A DNA stretch of 34,624 bases, taken from Halocafeteria seosinensis. Lineage: Eukaryota. Of this stretch, positions 22,951 through 33,910 are shown piece by piece (the first letter of the stretch is position 1; every line of letters begins with the position of its first letter). The DNA lies in NCBI GenBank assembly GCA_001687465.1, contig LVLI01000696.1, positions 62,001 to 96,624 on the forward strand, written 5' to 3'. The position numbers and the translations under genes were made by a program. The notes below the pieces were generated by a model, which had not been told where the DNA came from, did no database searches, and saw only the letters and a list, made by a program, of their open reading frames with translations.

Positions 22951-25134
22951 CTAGCTGGCCTCATCACTTTTTAATTGGGCGTCCACATCTCCCACTAAAA
23001 GGTCTCGAATGTGACTACCAGGACGGAATGAGCCGTACCCCGAACTTGACGCACCGTTGGTGCTCTCGTGTTCTATATGTGACCAGGATCCTTGCGGATC
23101 CATTAGTGGTGAATCCTGGCGATTCAAAAGGCCCTCAGCGTTCTGACTTACACGCTCGGCATCCTGTCGCGCTCTTGTTAAGCGTGCGATACGGTCGGAT
23201 ACACTGAGGCTGCCGGTGGATTCAGTGCCAGTTGCACTGTTGCTTGCATATCTTAACTCCTGAGGACTATGGGACGGTGCCATTCCTAAAGGAGTAGAAT
23301 CTGGTAAGAGACTTTGTCCCGTTGAACCCCAATCTCTTTTACTGCTAACGTGTTGGATGTCGTTTTGCGCATGGAAAGGATGTATATCCCTCAAGAATTC
23401 TGCCCTCCGGTTCTCCTCTGCAATTCTGCGAGCCTCCATTTGGCGGGCAACATGTTGAGAAACATCTCGTCTTTCTGACACTACAGACGAACCCTGAGAG
23501 CCTAACGATGATCGTCGGCGCCTACGCTGCGAAGTGATCCTCCGTCGACTACGAATGTTAGGTTGGAAAGTGCATTCATCCTGCTCTTCTCCTTCCCTTT
23601 CTCGCCGGCTGGCTTCCAGTCTAGCATGGATTCCTTCCCTCCACGTACTCTGTCGCTCGTACAATGCTTCTGCCTCCTGGACGGATACTTTACGCTTTGG
23701 GGGAGAGGAAGCGCTGACCGTATTCGAAGGGGTACTGTTGGCACTTGGACTCCCTCTTTTCAAAGGAGAACGGGATGTCGTGGTCGGATAAAATGTACAC
23801 GGGCTCAGCTCTTCCTGTTCTCTTCGCTGTGACAGCGTAGACTTGTGCAACAAACGGTCGTTTTGATCTTCCTCCAGGCGGCTCAAGAAATCTTCAACAG
23901 AGTTCTCGTTCTTCCGACTTTGCAGCAATTTAACCGACCGACGTGATAGTAGCGGTCGGAATGTACATTCCTGCTCAGCATTGCCTTCCAAGGTTCGCGA
24001 GAAACACTTTGGCCCAAACCTCTTCTCCGCATTACGAGCCACACCTGCGACAGGTCCTGAAATGCTCGCGCGTCGCACACCTTTCTGTGGGGACTCAGGT
24101 GAACGAGACTTTTTATAGTCCACACTCATACTTCTGGATCTCACCGGCGCCCTGATTGCATGAGTGCTACTCTCTGCTTTCAGCCGCTCCCTTCTCCTGG
24201 CTAATGGTGCTGTATAGAGCCGGTCCAGCACATTGCCACCGATGTTTTCAGCAATTTCAAGGGAATGCCTATTCAATCGCGGGGTCGCTGAAGCTCTCCG
24301 TCTTGCCTCTACGGATTCCCTCTTCGCCTCGAATTTTTGCTGTTGTTGAACCGCTTTGCGGTATAGTTGATCACTAGCATCGACGGACCTCCTTCTTATA
24401 CGGGTCTTCCTTGGAGACGACGAAGAGCTTCTCGATGACATCGGCGAGACCCCAGAATTGAGATACAACTGCTGTGGTTTCCTTCTACGATAGACAGTAG
24501 CACGTACAGCATCCTTTCCCAATTTAGTGGGGGTCGATGCCAACTTTTGTAGACGCTTGTTTTGTGAATCTATCAACTCTTGCCGCTTCTGTGCTTGCCG
24601 TCTCTGCTGGTCCAATGCAGCGGAATACAGTCTTTCTCCTGAGTTTTTGTGCTGAAGGGAACTCTTGCTCGACTCCCGAGCAAATTGAGGCTGATCATTT
24701 GCATGATAGTGATCTACCATAGATTGCCCTCCACTATCCATTTCATTGACATAACTTGTGGTGTGTTGCCTATTGACAGGGCTAGTGGTCTCATACTCTC
24801 CAGGCAAGTCGGCAGCACTGAAGAAACGAGAAACATCTATACGAACGTTTTGTCCTTTTTCAACAGTATTCTTGTAACGAACTTCCGTAGCTGGGGCAGC
24901 AGAAGGCAGGCGGCTTTCCCCACCATTGGTCTTGCCTAAGCCTTCGTAGCCACTGTCGGGGAGACCACTGCCTCCTGACTCGCCGTATAATGACAGTTGA
25001 AGATTCCGAATTTCGGCGTTGATTGCTTTGAGTTCCATGTCGCGTTCTTCCTTGCTTCCAATCGAGCCATCGAGGCCGCCCAATTGTCTTCCCGTAGCAG
25101 CATGGCTGCCATTAACTTCTTCAGCGTCGTTCAT
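22951..25134 (-). CDS. Ser/Arg-rich protein with repeated RLY and CTFxP motifs (putative cytoskeletal protein); may have an upstream exon
   Basis: 727-codon ORF with ERLYS, DQLYR, DRLYT, EALYE and ECTFRP, PCTFYP, ECTFQP. An acceptor-like ttag lies just upstream (~25150) and a donor-like gtaagc at ~25347. Confidence 0.75.
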   Translation of the reverse strand: MNDAEEVNGSHAATGRQLGGLDGSIGSKEERDMELKAINAEIRNLQLSLYGESGGSGLPDSGYEGLGKTNGGESRLPSAAPATEVRYKNTVEKGQNVRIDVSRFFSAADLPGEYETTSPVNRQHTTSYVNEMDSGGQSMVDHYHANDQPQFARESSKSSLQHKNSGERLYSAALDQQRRQAQKRQELIDSQNKRLQKLASTPTKLGKDAVRATVYRRRKPQQLYLNSGVSPMSSRSSSSSPRKTRIRRRSVDASDQLYRKAVQQQQKFEAKRESVEARRRASATPRLNRHSLEIAENIGGNVLDRLYTAPLARRRERLKAESSTHAIRAPVRSRSMSVDYKKSRSPESPQKGVRRASISGPVAGVARNAEKRFGPKCFSRTLEGNAEQECTFRPLLSRRSVKLLQSRKNENSVEDFLSRLEEDQNDRLLHKSTLSQRREQEELSPCTFYPTTTSRSPLKRGSPSANSTPSNTVSASSPPKRKVSVQEAEALYERQSTWREGIHARLEASRREREGEEQDECTFQPNIRSRRRITSQRRRRRSSLGSQGSSVVSERRDVSQHVARQMEARRIAEENRRAEFLRDIHPFHAQNDIQHVSSKRDWGSTGQSLLPDSTPLGMAPSHSPQELRYASNSATGTESTGSLSVSDRIARLTRARQDAERVSQNAEGLLNRQDSPLMDPQGSWSHIEHESTNGASSSGYGSFRPGSHIRDLLVGDVDAQLKSDEAS

Positions 25135-26078
25135 ATCTTCCGTTTCTATCCTAATTGGCAGAGGAACGAGTGCTACCGATCAAAACCCTAATACTGCAAA
25201 CATAGGCAGTGCAATCTCAAGTAAATAAGAAAACATCAAAGCGTCTAAGGAAGCAGTGAAATGTAGAGAGGCTAGTAACGAGTGAAACCACAATGCTGGA
25301 GCCGAAATGAAATGGGCTTCCAGAAACCCGTAGACGTGCTTGCTTACCTAATGCACAATGGAGCCGCTGACTAGCTTATTCTGTTCACGGTTGACTCAGT
25401 GCCTAGACACTCTCGTTGTATGTTGTACAGAGATGAGAAAAGTGGTCCTTATTCGGCCGGTATGAAAATGATATCTCTCGCTCTGCTCAAGCCAAGGGGA
25501 TAGGTTGCGAGTTCGGCTTGACGTTATACAAACCAGACAAGGTCATTATAGTGAAGGGTTCCCCATCTGACCCAGCTCCCTTTCAGATTGGTTTGTCTCG
25601 CCCGTTGTTGTAAGCACGTGTATACCGTGTTTGGACCTCGTCAAGCTTCTTTGCCTTTCCCCTTTCGGTTGCGCGTTTTCTGGAGACCTCTCACCGGAAC
25701 GAAGAGAAAAAATAGAGTTTCCCACGGTTGATCGTGCACACAACGTCACTTGGTTCACTGCTAGCAACAGGGAGAAGCTCACCTGACCAACACAAACGCA
25801 TCCGAGTGAATACAGCTCCGAGTGGACTTCTTGCGACGTCGTCCGCCGCCGAGCACCACCCGAAAAAAAAAAAGGAAGAAAAAATCCGGTACGGACGAAC
25901 CCGAAAACAAGCGTTGTTTTCCGCACGGCTGTGAAGCTGGTGGTGTTGCCCGGGAAATAGAAGAATCGATGACGCCCTGGCTCTCATATTCCTCGACGAT
26001 CGCCCAATGTTGAAACTCATGGGTGTGCTCGTTTGCTAGATCTCTTTCTATTCGTAATTGAATTCGGCACGAGGTAAC

Positions 26079-26095
26079 GTGTGTGTGTGTGTGTG
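26079..26095. repeat. (GT)8 microsatellite
   Basis: Directly visible dinucleotide run. Confidence 0.9.
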
Positions 26096-26341
26096 CGTGC
26101 GAAGTGCTGTTCTTCTAACTGCTGCTTCTTTTCTTCCTCGTTTGGAATCGTGTAGTCTTTACGATTGTCTTGTCCGTTCAGCCCGAATTTACGCGTACTC
26201 TGCAGCAACTCACGTACGAACATCTAGACACATATAGTTTGTGTCATCTCGTTTGTGCCAAGAGAAGCTCAACGACAGCGGTGGTTTGGGAACCATCCTT
26301 CTGACACGTATATGGTTGTTTTGGCACGATTGGGAGAAACA

Positions 26342-27679
26342 ATGCAGCACCATTCAGAAGCAATGGGCGGATCAGACCCAGTAGAGGAAGGGCATTTTTC
26401 CTTCATTCTCTCCGTCTCCGTGAACTTGTTGGCTGGGCTACTCGTATTCCGCCATGGCATGTCTCAACTCAGTAGTAATGTAAAGAACGCCTTTGGAGAG
26501 ACACTAAAAGAGGCCATTAGGGTCTCGTGTGGTACGTCAGTACCATTCGATATCGTTCGACTTGTCTGTATCATATCTATTGATCCCCAACTTTTGCAGA
26601 GAAACCCATTTTCGGACTGTTGACTGGTGTTCTCTCTACGGCCTGTCTCAGCAGTGCTACCGTAGCGTCCGTCATGGTTGTGGATTTCATTTCGGTCAAC
26701 GCTATGACTTTTGCCCAGAGTCTGGCGGTATCTTTAGGAATAAATGTGGGATCAACCCTCACTCCCCACTTGGCTGCATTGAAACTCTCTCGATACTATT
26801 CCTTCCTGATGGTCGGGGGTAAATTGGTCATCCCTTACCTGGTCAAAGCTGCCGCTTCAGGTAGAAGTGCTACCGCCGATACCAATGGCAAGCACAAAGG
26901 CAACGGTAACGGAAGTAACAACGGTGACAATAAAGGAGAGCTTATCGGCAACGCCATATTCGGACTTGGAGTGCTCTTTTTGGGGATGGACCTTCTCAAC
27001 AGTGCCGTTCACCCACTTCAGACGTATAAACCTTTCTTGCAACTGCTGGTAAGTTATCACTGATATTAACGTTTATACTGGAGATCGCAAAATACTCACC
27101 GGTCTACACCGACCCGGACTTTGCAGACAAGTTTCAATAATCCCCTGTTGGCGTTGATAGTGTCGTGTGTTGTGACTGTATTTCTATACTCTTGGTAAGT
27201 TCGTTGACCTACGATTTACGGCTTGCTACCAGTGACTCTTATATTCTGTTAATGGATCCACACACGATGTGTGCAGTACGGCTTTCTTGGGAATCGTGAT
27301 GGCATTGGCGAATCAAGGAATGATTTCTATGGACCTAACTATTATCTTCGTTCTTGGTACCAACATCGGTGCTGGAGCTCAGCCTGTAATTGCCTCGTTT
27401 GGGAAGTCTTCATCGTCAAAGAGAATGGCTGCTGCGTATGCTATATTTCGGGGAGGCACTGCGTTAATCTTACTGCCATTTATTCACTATTTCGAATCAA
27501 TCCTCCTTTATCTAGGTGGGCCCCTCGCACCCATGGCCACACATATCGCAAATGCTCACTCGCTCTTCAATATTTGCGCGGCACTGTTTTTCTTCCCATT
27601 TACGGAGAAGATAGGCAATTTTGTGGAGTCAATGATCCCCGCAACACCTGTCCCCGCTGAGCAAAAAGAGAAGAATTGA
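26342..27679 (+). CDS. Na+/Pi-cotransporter family (SLC34/NptA-like) membrane protein, 4 exons
   Basis: Two internal repeats with LGINVGST and LGTNIGAG, plus GNAIFGLGVLFLGMDLL and IANAHSLFNI. GT-AG introns at ~26532..26599, 27049..27126 and ~27195..27277. The start could be 26342 or 26363. Confidence 0.85.
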
Positions 27680-28246
27680 TAAGCTATGGGAAGGTTCAGT
27701 CGCGACCTCTAAAGGTCCAGTATTGTTCCAAGTGACCAACACTGCGCACTTCTGTGTTCAATACGTTTTAGAATACACTAACCAATTTTGGGAATTTTTG
27801 GCTGTAACTCCTCCGCATAAGCTGACTGCGCTTTCGCAACGAAGCTTGTATATCTATTCCTCTCTTTCTCTCGCGCGCCATTCCAAGTAACTCAGAGGCT
27901 GTCTCTGGAGTCTCGATCTGCGGCTGCGATTTAATGTTGGCCTTGTGTCAAGTTGTGAACTTGTCATCACAGACTGTCAATCTGTCACTGATGACAGTCA
28001 CAGACTGACGGTTTGGTTGTGATTCAGTCTGTGAAGCCTAGCTTCAACGAGGTAAGAGACCACCTTTTAAACATTCATTCGCTATGCACTAGCACGGTAT
28101 AAAACAGCATTGTGGCGATGTAGACTGAGTTCCTTGTCTTGAGTGTATGTTTCTCCATAGCCGTCGTGTTCCAGCATTATTTTTTGGTGGGAGTGTAAGT
28201 GACACCCTTCAAGAGTGGGGGAGAAAAATAACAAAAAAGGGTAAGG

Positions 28247-30531
28247 ATGCCGGTGCCCCGAAGTCTCCAGGAGGTGGCGGAGCATGAGCAAGTGAACATC
28301 AGCCAGGAGGAGCTGAGGGAATTGGGGGAGTACATGAGTGATACTGAGTTCGAGCAGGAGTCTCCAGATCATGGCCCAAACGAACGTATGGACAACATTA
28401 TCGTCATCGACCATGTTCCGCAAGCGGGTCCTGAAAAGTATGACAGATTGTGCTCTTTCATGAAGCGAGTGGTCACCCAAGTGGCGCCGATCACGGAGAA
28501 TGGCCTTTACATACCCCAAAATCCTCAGACCAAACTCACCGAAGGCTTTGCTTTTGTGGAATTTCAAGATGTCGAGGGTGCAAAGCGTGCTGTTGGTGCC
28601 CTGAATGGTTTCAGGCTGGATGCAAAGCATACTTTACTCGTCGACTGGTACGTGGAACTAGATGACCATTGCTCAGTGGAGGAGAAGTTTACCCGACCAA
28701 AGCTTCCCGAATATAAAAGATTTGACGACCTTTGGAGTTGGCTAGGGGACTCTCTTCTCCGCGACCAATTCGCTATTCGATACGACGACGAAACAGAGAT
28801 TCATTGGGCAGAAACGAATGCAGCACCAGTTCCCCAATACTGCGCCGAACGCCAAAAAGCCGAAGGGAGGAAATGGACAGACAATCATATTAAATGGAGT
28901 CCGCAGGGTACTTTTTTTGTAACTTTCCATCTTCAAGGGGTACTTCTCTGGGGAGGCTCGGACTTTCACGAGTTTGCCAGGTTCGCCCACCGCGATGCGC
29001 ATCAGGTACTGATTTCCCCCTGTGAGCGTTATATAGGTACTTGGAACGGTAGATCGGGAAATTTTGAGCCAGATGACGCTTTTATTGTCTGGAATTTGCG
29101 TTCTGGTGCCAAACTGCGGTCTTTCCGTCAAGAGGGGAACTCTGATGATTGCGACTTCGTGTGGTCACCAGATGGCAACTATATTGGACGAATGGGCAGA
29201 AGTGGCGTGACTGGCAAAGAAGCAATTGAGATTTATGAAGTATCAGATACCTACCTGACACTGCTCGGGAGAACGAAAATTAACGCGCCAAGTGCTCAAG
29301 AGTTGCAATTCGCTCCGGGCGGTTCACATAATCTCTTAGCAACGTGGACACCGGAAGGCCAGAATCAGCCTGCGAGTGTCACTATGATTAAGGTACCCTC
29401 AAAAGAGGTAGTAAGGAGCAAACAGCTTTTCAACGTAGAGGATATCAAGATGCACTGGCACCCTCAAGGGAACTACCTTGCCGTGCAAGCCATTCTTTTA
29501 TCGAAGGCACAAGCAAAGAAAAAGAAGCGCCAGCAAGAAAGCGGTGCTTACGAAGGAGAATTAACCGCTGAAAAGAAAGGGGCCGTAGTAACCACGTTCG
29601 AATTGTTCCGCGTATCGGAGAAAATGGTGCCAGTGGAAACCATGAAGGTGGAAGGGGCAGTTCACGATTTCGCCTGGGAACCTAACGGCACGCGGTTTGC
29701 TGTTGTACATGGGGCGGGGCCCCTTAGGTTCAATGTGAGTTTTTACGAAATGGAACCTAAGGAGACTCCAGAAAAGGCCAAAGCGCGTACTCCGGCTAGC
29801 GTTGGAGGTGCTGCCAGGGCCGAATTTCTGCACACTCTGCAGGAGCGCCCCGCGAATCGCTTGTTCTGGAGTCCGAGGGGTGGCCTAATCGTCATCGCCG
29901 GACTTGAAAACATCGGTGGTGAACTCGAGTTCTTCGATGTAGATGCGTTGGTAACGTATGGCACTGGAGAGCATATGCAGTGCAACCGTGTCAAATGGGA
30001 TCCCTCCGGGCGTCTTGTCGCCACCGTAAAGAAGCAACCAATGGTCGGTGAAGTACGGACCAGAGACACTGTCGAAAATGGTTTTCAACTTTGGAACTTC
30101 CTGGGTAGACGGATTTACGATGAGAATAAGACAAGCTTTTACAAATTCATTTGGCGTCCTCGTCCTTCACTATTGGACGACGAAGAGCAAAAGCAAGTGC
30201 AGAAGAATTTGAAGAAGTTCATTCAGAAGGTAAGACATGCTTTTTTGTGTTTGTTCTTTCACGTCTTCCACCGATATGCTTGTGGCTACAGTACCAAGAT
30301 GAAGACCGAGCGCGGGAGGCAAGACGGAAGTTATTGCGTGTTGTTCGGAAACGCCGTTTGCGCGATGAATTTCGAACTCTACTGGCCACTCGCCAACAAG
30401 AGTACGAGCGAGACTACCGTCCCCAGCGAATCGCAATGGGTGCTGAACCTGGCAACCCCGACGAGGGCTACGAAATCCAGCGGTACACTATGGACCAGAT
30501 TATTGACCAGCATACAGAGTCTGTACAATAG
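28247..30531 (+). CDS. EIF3B: Eukaryotic translation initiation factor 3 subunit B
   Basis: RRM (IIVIDHVP..TEGFAFVEF..LNGFRLDAKH), beta-propeller motifs (WSPQGT, WHPQGNYL, FAWEPNG, WDPSGR, FIWRPRP). Intron 30230..30291 leads to the last exon YQDEDRAREARRK..; stop at 30531. Confidence 0.96.
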
Positions 30532-30660
30532 AATCGTTCTTTCGCCTTTAAAATACACATAAAAATTAGATGGTCCTACGGAACCCCAACGAACTTAGTG
30601 GCATGGAAGATGAAAACGAGGTGACAAAGCCGCTGTTCACTCGGTCAGGGGCAAAACAGG

Positions 30661-31260
30661 GAGCTCAATTGGAGCTTTCCCAAAGGGGATGAGGATGGAA
30701 AGGCCAGATGGAAGGCGGCTCAGGAAACGGGAGCTCAAGATTGGCTGCGGGCGTTGCCAACCTCTTCGCAAAAGCAGTTTTCTGATCTTCAATGAAGGAT
30801 TGCTCTGAGGCTGCGCTTGGGACTCCCGTTAGCTAGGGTAGAAATTCCGGAGATATGCCCATTGTGTGATGGATTAGTCGCGGATCTCACTCAACATGCC
30901 TTCGTATGTTCTTACGGGGATATGGTCAACGGAAGAACGGATCGGCATAATCAGCTCAGGGATGTCATTATAGGGGCTCTCTCGTCTTGGGGTTTTGTGG
31001 TGGAAAAGGAGCCTCTGGTTAAGCAGGGCAGTAGTATGAGGAGATGTAGAAGTTGTGCAACCACAGGGTCCTCTTGTGTTGGATGTTTCCGTCAGCAGTT
31101 GGAGCTCAACAAAGCTTATCTTCGACTGCGGCGACGGCAGTAAGGGAAGGGATGAAATGCAATAAGTACGATGGACTTTGCCAGGAGGCTCACAAGAGGT
31201 TTTTGCCGGTGGTTTTTCAGACTCTTGGGTGCATAGGGCGGAGGATTGGACTTTCTCTCG
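30661..31260 (+). mobile_element. Degraded 3' fragment of a CRE-like non-LTR retrotransposon (zinc knuckle + restriction-like endonuclease)
   Basis: GAQDWLRALP..*RIALRLRLGLP, CPLC..HAFVC, RTDRHNQLRD, VEKEP, VLDVSV, REGMKCNKY..FLPVVFQTLG. In-frame TGA at 30793 and at least two frameshifts. Confidence 0.88.
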
Positions 31261-32272
31261 GACTTGCGGAATCGCCCGGCTTGTCTCCGGTGGGCCAACG
31301 TTGTTTGTGTATGTATTTTCTTTTTAGGGACCATTATTATCCACCTACACCACCACTAGCTACCGGCAACACAAGTTGCAACCACCGATGAGCCAAGTTG
31401 CTGTTAGCATGCATCAAGCCACAATGTGATCAAAAACCCGGCAGGGGTGTTGACCGCATCCTCTTAACGAGGAGCGGTATGCGCCCGTGTTAAGCAGCAG
31501 AAAGGACTTCCTAAACGAGCTTTATGCCGCAATAATTGGCCGGGAGACAGTAAATCAGTTGCACTCATTCCCGAGACATAAGAGTGAAGAGCAGTTGTCT
31601 GCCACCCGCATATTATTTGGAAAACGATGATCTTTCTGATTGTTCGTATGTGGACGTGAAATTATCTCTAAATCCTCGATCGGGTGTAGCAAAGTTGCCT
31701 GCTTTGGCTGAAGACCAGGACGATACGTAGGCTCTCGTCACGGCACTGTTGCGGAAGGGAGAGAATTCGTGCGCTGTCGCAACAATGCTATGCTAGCATC
31801 TTATACAGTACATGTTGGTGATGGACGTTTGAAACTCGGGGCCTATAAGGGGCCTATAATATACAGTTCGTCGTCGTCGACTAGATTGTAGGTGTGTATT
31901 GTATACGTCCTACCGGAAGAAACTACGAGCAAGATGATACTATTCTACTTACGTTTCAAATTGCACGGTAGTCACGAAATGCCGGATTATTTTGACGTTC
32001 TCTCTCATCAAGCACAGGCTTAGCCGAGACATCACCAGCTTCCTGTAGTTTCGTTGGTCCCACGCTCCTTTCAGTGTCCCCGGGAATCTCTTTGCCAGAC
32101 GCTTAAGGAAGCGATACGCATCGTCTCCGAAGCCTCCAGTCGCTTCCATCGCGAAAGGAATGAGCTCCCTATCATGTCTGCGTAGGTGGGAATACTTTGT
32201 CCGCTTCTGGTTTTCTGCTTCCATGGCCACGCATAGTCTGGTATTGGCCGCCCTTCCCATCCTATCTTTCAG

Positions 32273-32861
32273 ATTGTATATTCATGTGGTTATAGGGTGT
32301 ATAGGGAATTACTCCTCTAACGAGTTTATAGGGAGTCTGGATCCCGCACGGCGACGATGTCCATCCTTCCATTCGGGTCGGACTGTGACGGCATGGGCTT
32401 TTCCAATTGTATGGGCATTCTGCACGCCTTCAGAACCCTCCCTTCCTTGGCCCCAGCCACTTTCTTCAAATCCCTAAAACCCTTCCCGAAGGTCCAGGAG
32501 CCGAGGTTGACCGCGAAGAGTGGAGAGCTTTCATCACGTCCTTAGTCGATAAAACAAGAGGCGTCACTGGGTCCTCTTGCAATGCTGCTCCGAGCTCCTC
32601 AAGTGCCCATGGATGAGCCGCGAGAGCTGGGGGATGGAGTTCACGCAATTTGTCATACGTTGCCGCATCCGATGGTGCAAGGGCAGTCTCAGCCAATGCC
32701 CCCAGTGCTTTGGAGTCCTCCCCTGCCCTCAGGAAACGGAGGGCCTTCTCATTCCGCCGCTCCTGGTCGGTACCCGGAGTGATTCTACAGGGGAATACTT
32801 CGTGGGGGATCCGAACTCCCTTTAAACTCGTTAGGGGAGTATAACCACATGAATATACAAT
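32273..32861. repeat. Imperfect inverted repeat, arms 32273..32350 and 32801..32861; right arm followed by (AAT)6
   Basis: The right arm cgtgggggatccgaactccctttaaactcgttaggggagt-ataaccacatgaatatacaat matches the reverse complement of the left arm except for a few mismatches and one ~17-nt indel. Confidence 0.85.
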
Positions 32862-33125
32862 AATAATAATAATAATAGTTTCGAAACCTCAAAGATCTGG
32901 GAGACCTCCCAAGGGCCCTAACGACTCCCTCCCACGCTTTCTGGTGAGCGTCTTCCGAATCCTCGTATACCGCCGCTCCACAGTGGAACTCCCTTACGTC
33001 CCTTGCCGTCGCCTCAGCATCAAACTGTTCCGGAGCGCCATAAAAGCTTTGAGGGAACACCCCAATGTCTCCCTCCCTCTCTTCTACGTAGTCTGACTCT
33101 GGCTCTGGCATGTGTGTATGTATGT

Positions 33126-33497
33126 GGTCCGGCTATATGAAACGAACTTCCCGAGGACTCGGACTTGTTTTCGTCCTGGCAGCCGGATGACGGAGAAAGG
33201 TTAGGAGGCGGCGGTTTGGACAGATTCCACAGTGATCCGACTGAGACGCGGAGAGACACCTCTTCATCCATTGCGACGGAGCGGTACCAGTCGTCTGCGA
33301 AGCCAGACCCGGCGATATGAATCGAGCTTCCCGATGACTCCGACTTGTTGTTGTGTATTGTATTTACTCGTTGCTGTCATCCTGGCTGTCAGATGGCGGT
33401 GAAAGGTTTGGAGATGGGAAAGGCGGTTTGGACAGATTCCACAGGGATCCCATTGGGACGCGGAGGGACACCTTTCATCCATTGCGATGGACCGGTA
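33126..33497. repeat. Diverged tandem duplication, units ~33126..33287 and ~33306..33497
   Basis: Shared blocks include ggcggtttggacagattccacag (33210 and 33422), ttcatccattgcga and cttcccga.gactc.gacttgtt. Confidence 0.85.
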
Positions 33498-33910
33498 CTC
33501 CTGGCGTGCTCCCGCGGGGGAAGAGGAGGGGGCAGAAGAGGAGGAAGAAACCATTCGTTGATCCTCGGGTGGGAGGTCACCTGGATTCTCCGGTGGGGAA
33601 ACTCTTCATCTGGTTTGCCATTGGCTCTTGGTCCTCTTCTTCCTTACGGTCTCCCTCTGCCGATGGTTCCACGTGTACGCTATGAATCCATTCGTGGCAA
33701 TGATCATTGAACTAGTCGACCATCCTACAGGAGGCGCGTAGCTGCGCTACACTTATCTCAGAGAGGAGTTCGTGCAACTCCTTTCGCTCTGTCCACTTTC
33801 CTTGGCCTTCGTAGAAAGCCATTACCTTTTGTAATACTCCAAGACCATCAACATAATATACATCATCCGCAGGCTGTCTTGCGCCTTGTCGCCAACTGTC
33901 TGTCCCGGCA

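Larger units (their letters stand above)
31949..33910 (-). mobile_element. Internally deleted, degraded CRE-like non-LTR retrotransposon
   Basis: The pre-RT region (GEDSKALGALAETALAP..KLRELHP..DVMKALHS..SAPGPSG) is followed almost immediately by endonuclease motifs (EKP..GRMDIV, EAENQKRTKY..LIPFAMEATGGFG..RLSLCLMREN). The upstream part is stop-ridden and its 5' limit is uncertain. Confidence 0.8.

Noticed and set aside
26060..26074. GAATTCGGCACGAGG, identical to a common EcoRI cDNA adaptor
   Set aside because: It is an isolated internal match followed by plausible genomic sequence, so probably chance; read coverage would settle it.
27960..28035. Repeated tgtca/tcacagactg words upstream of eIF3b
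   Set aside because: Possibly promoter elements, but too short to support a call.
30230..30562. 771-aa unspliced eIF3b ORF end
   Set aside because: The C-terminus reads through a clear GT-AG intron; the spliced end at 30531 fits better.
31454..31478. Hairpin ccgcatcctc-ttaac-gaggagcgg between retroelements as a possible ribozyme
   Set aside because: No complete HDV-like or hammerhead core could be built around it.
31838..31859. Adjacent 11-bp direct repeat ggggcctataa as a target-site duplication
   Set aside because: The copies are contiguous and no partner was found at the other end of an element.
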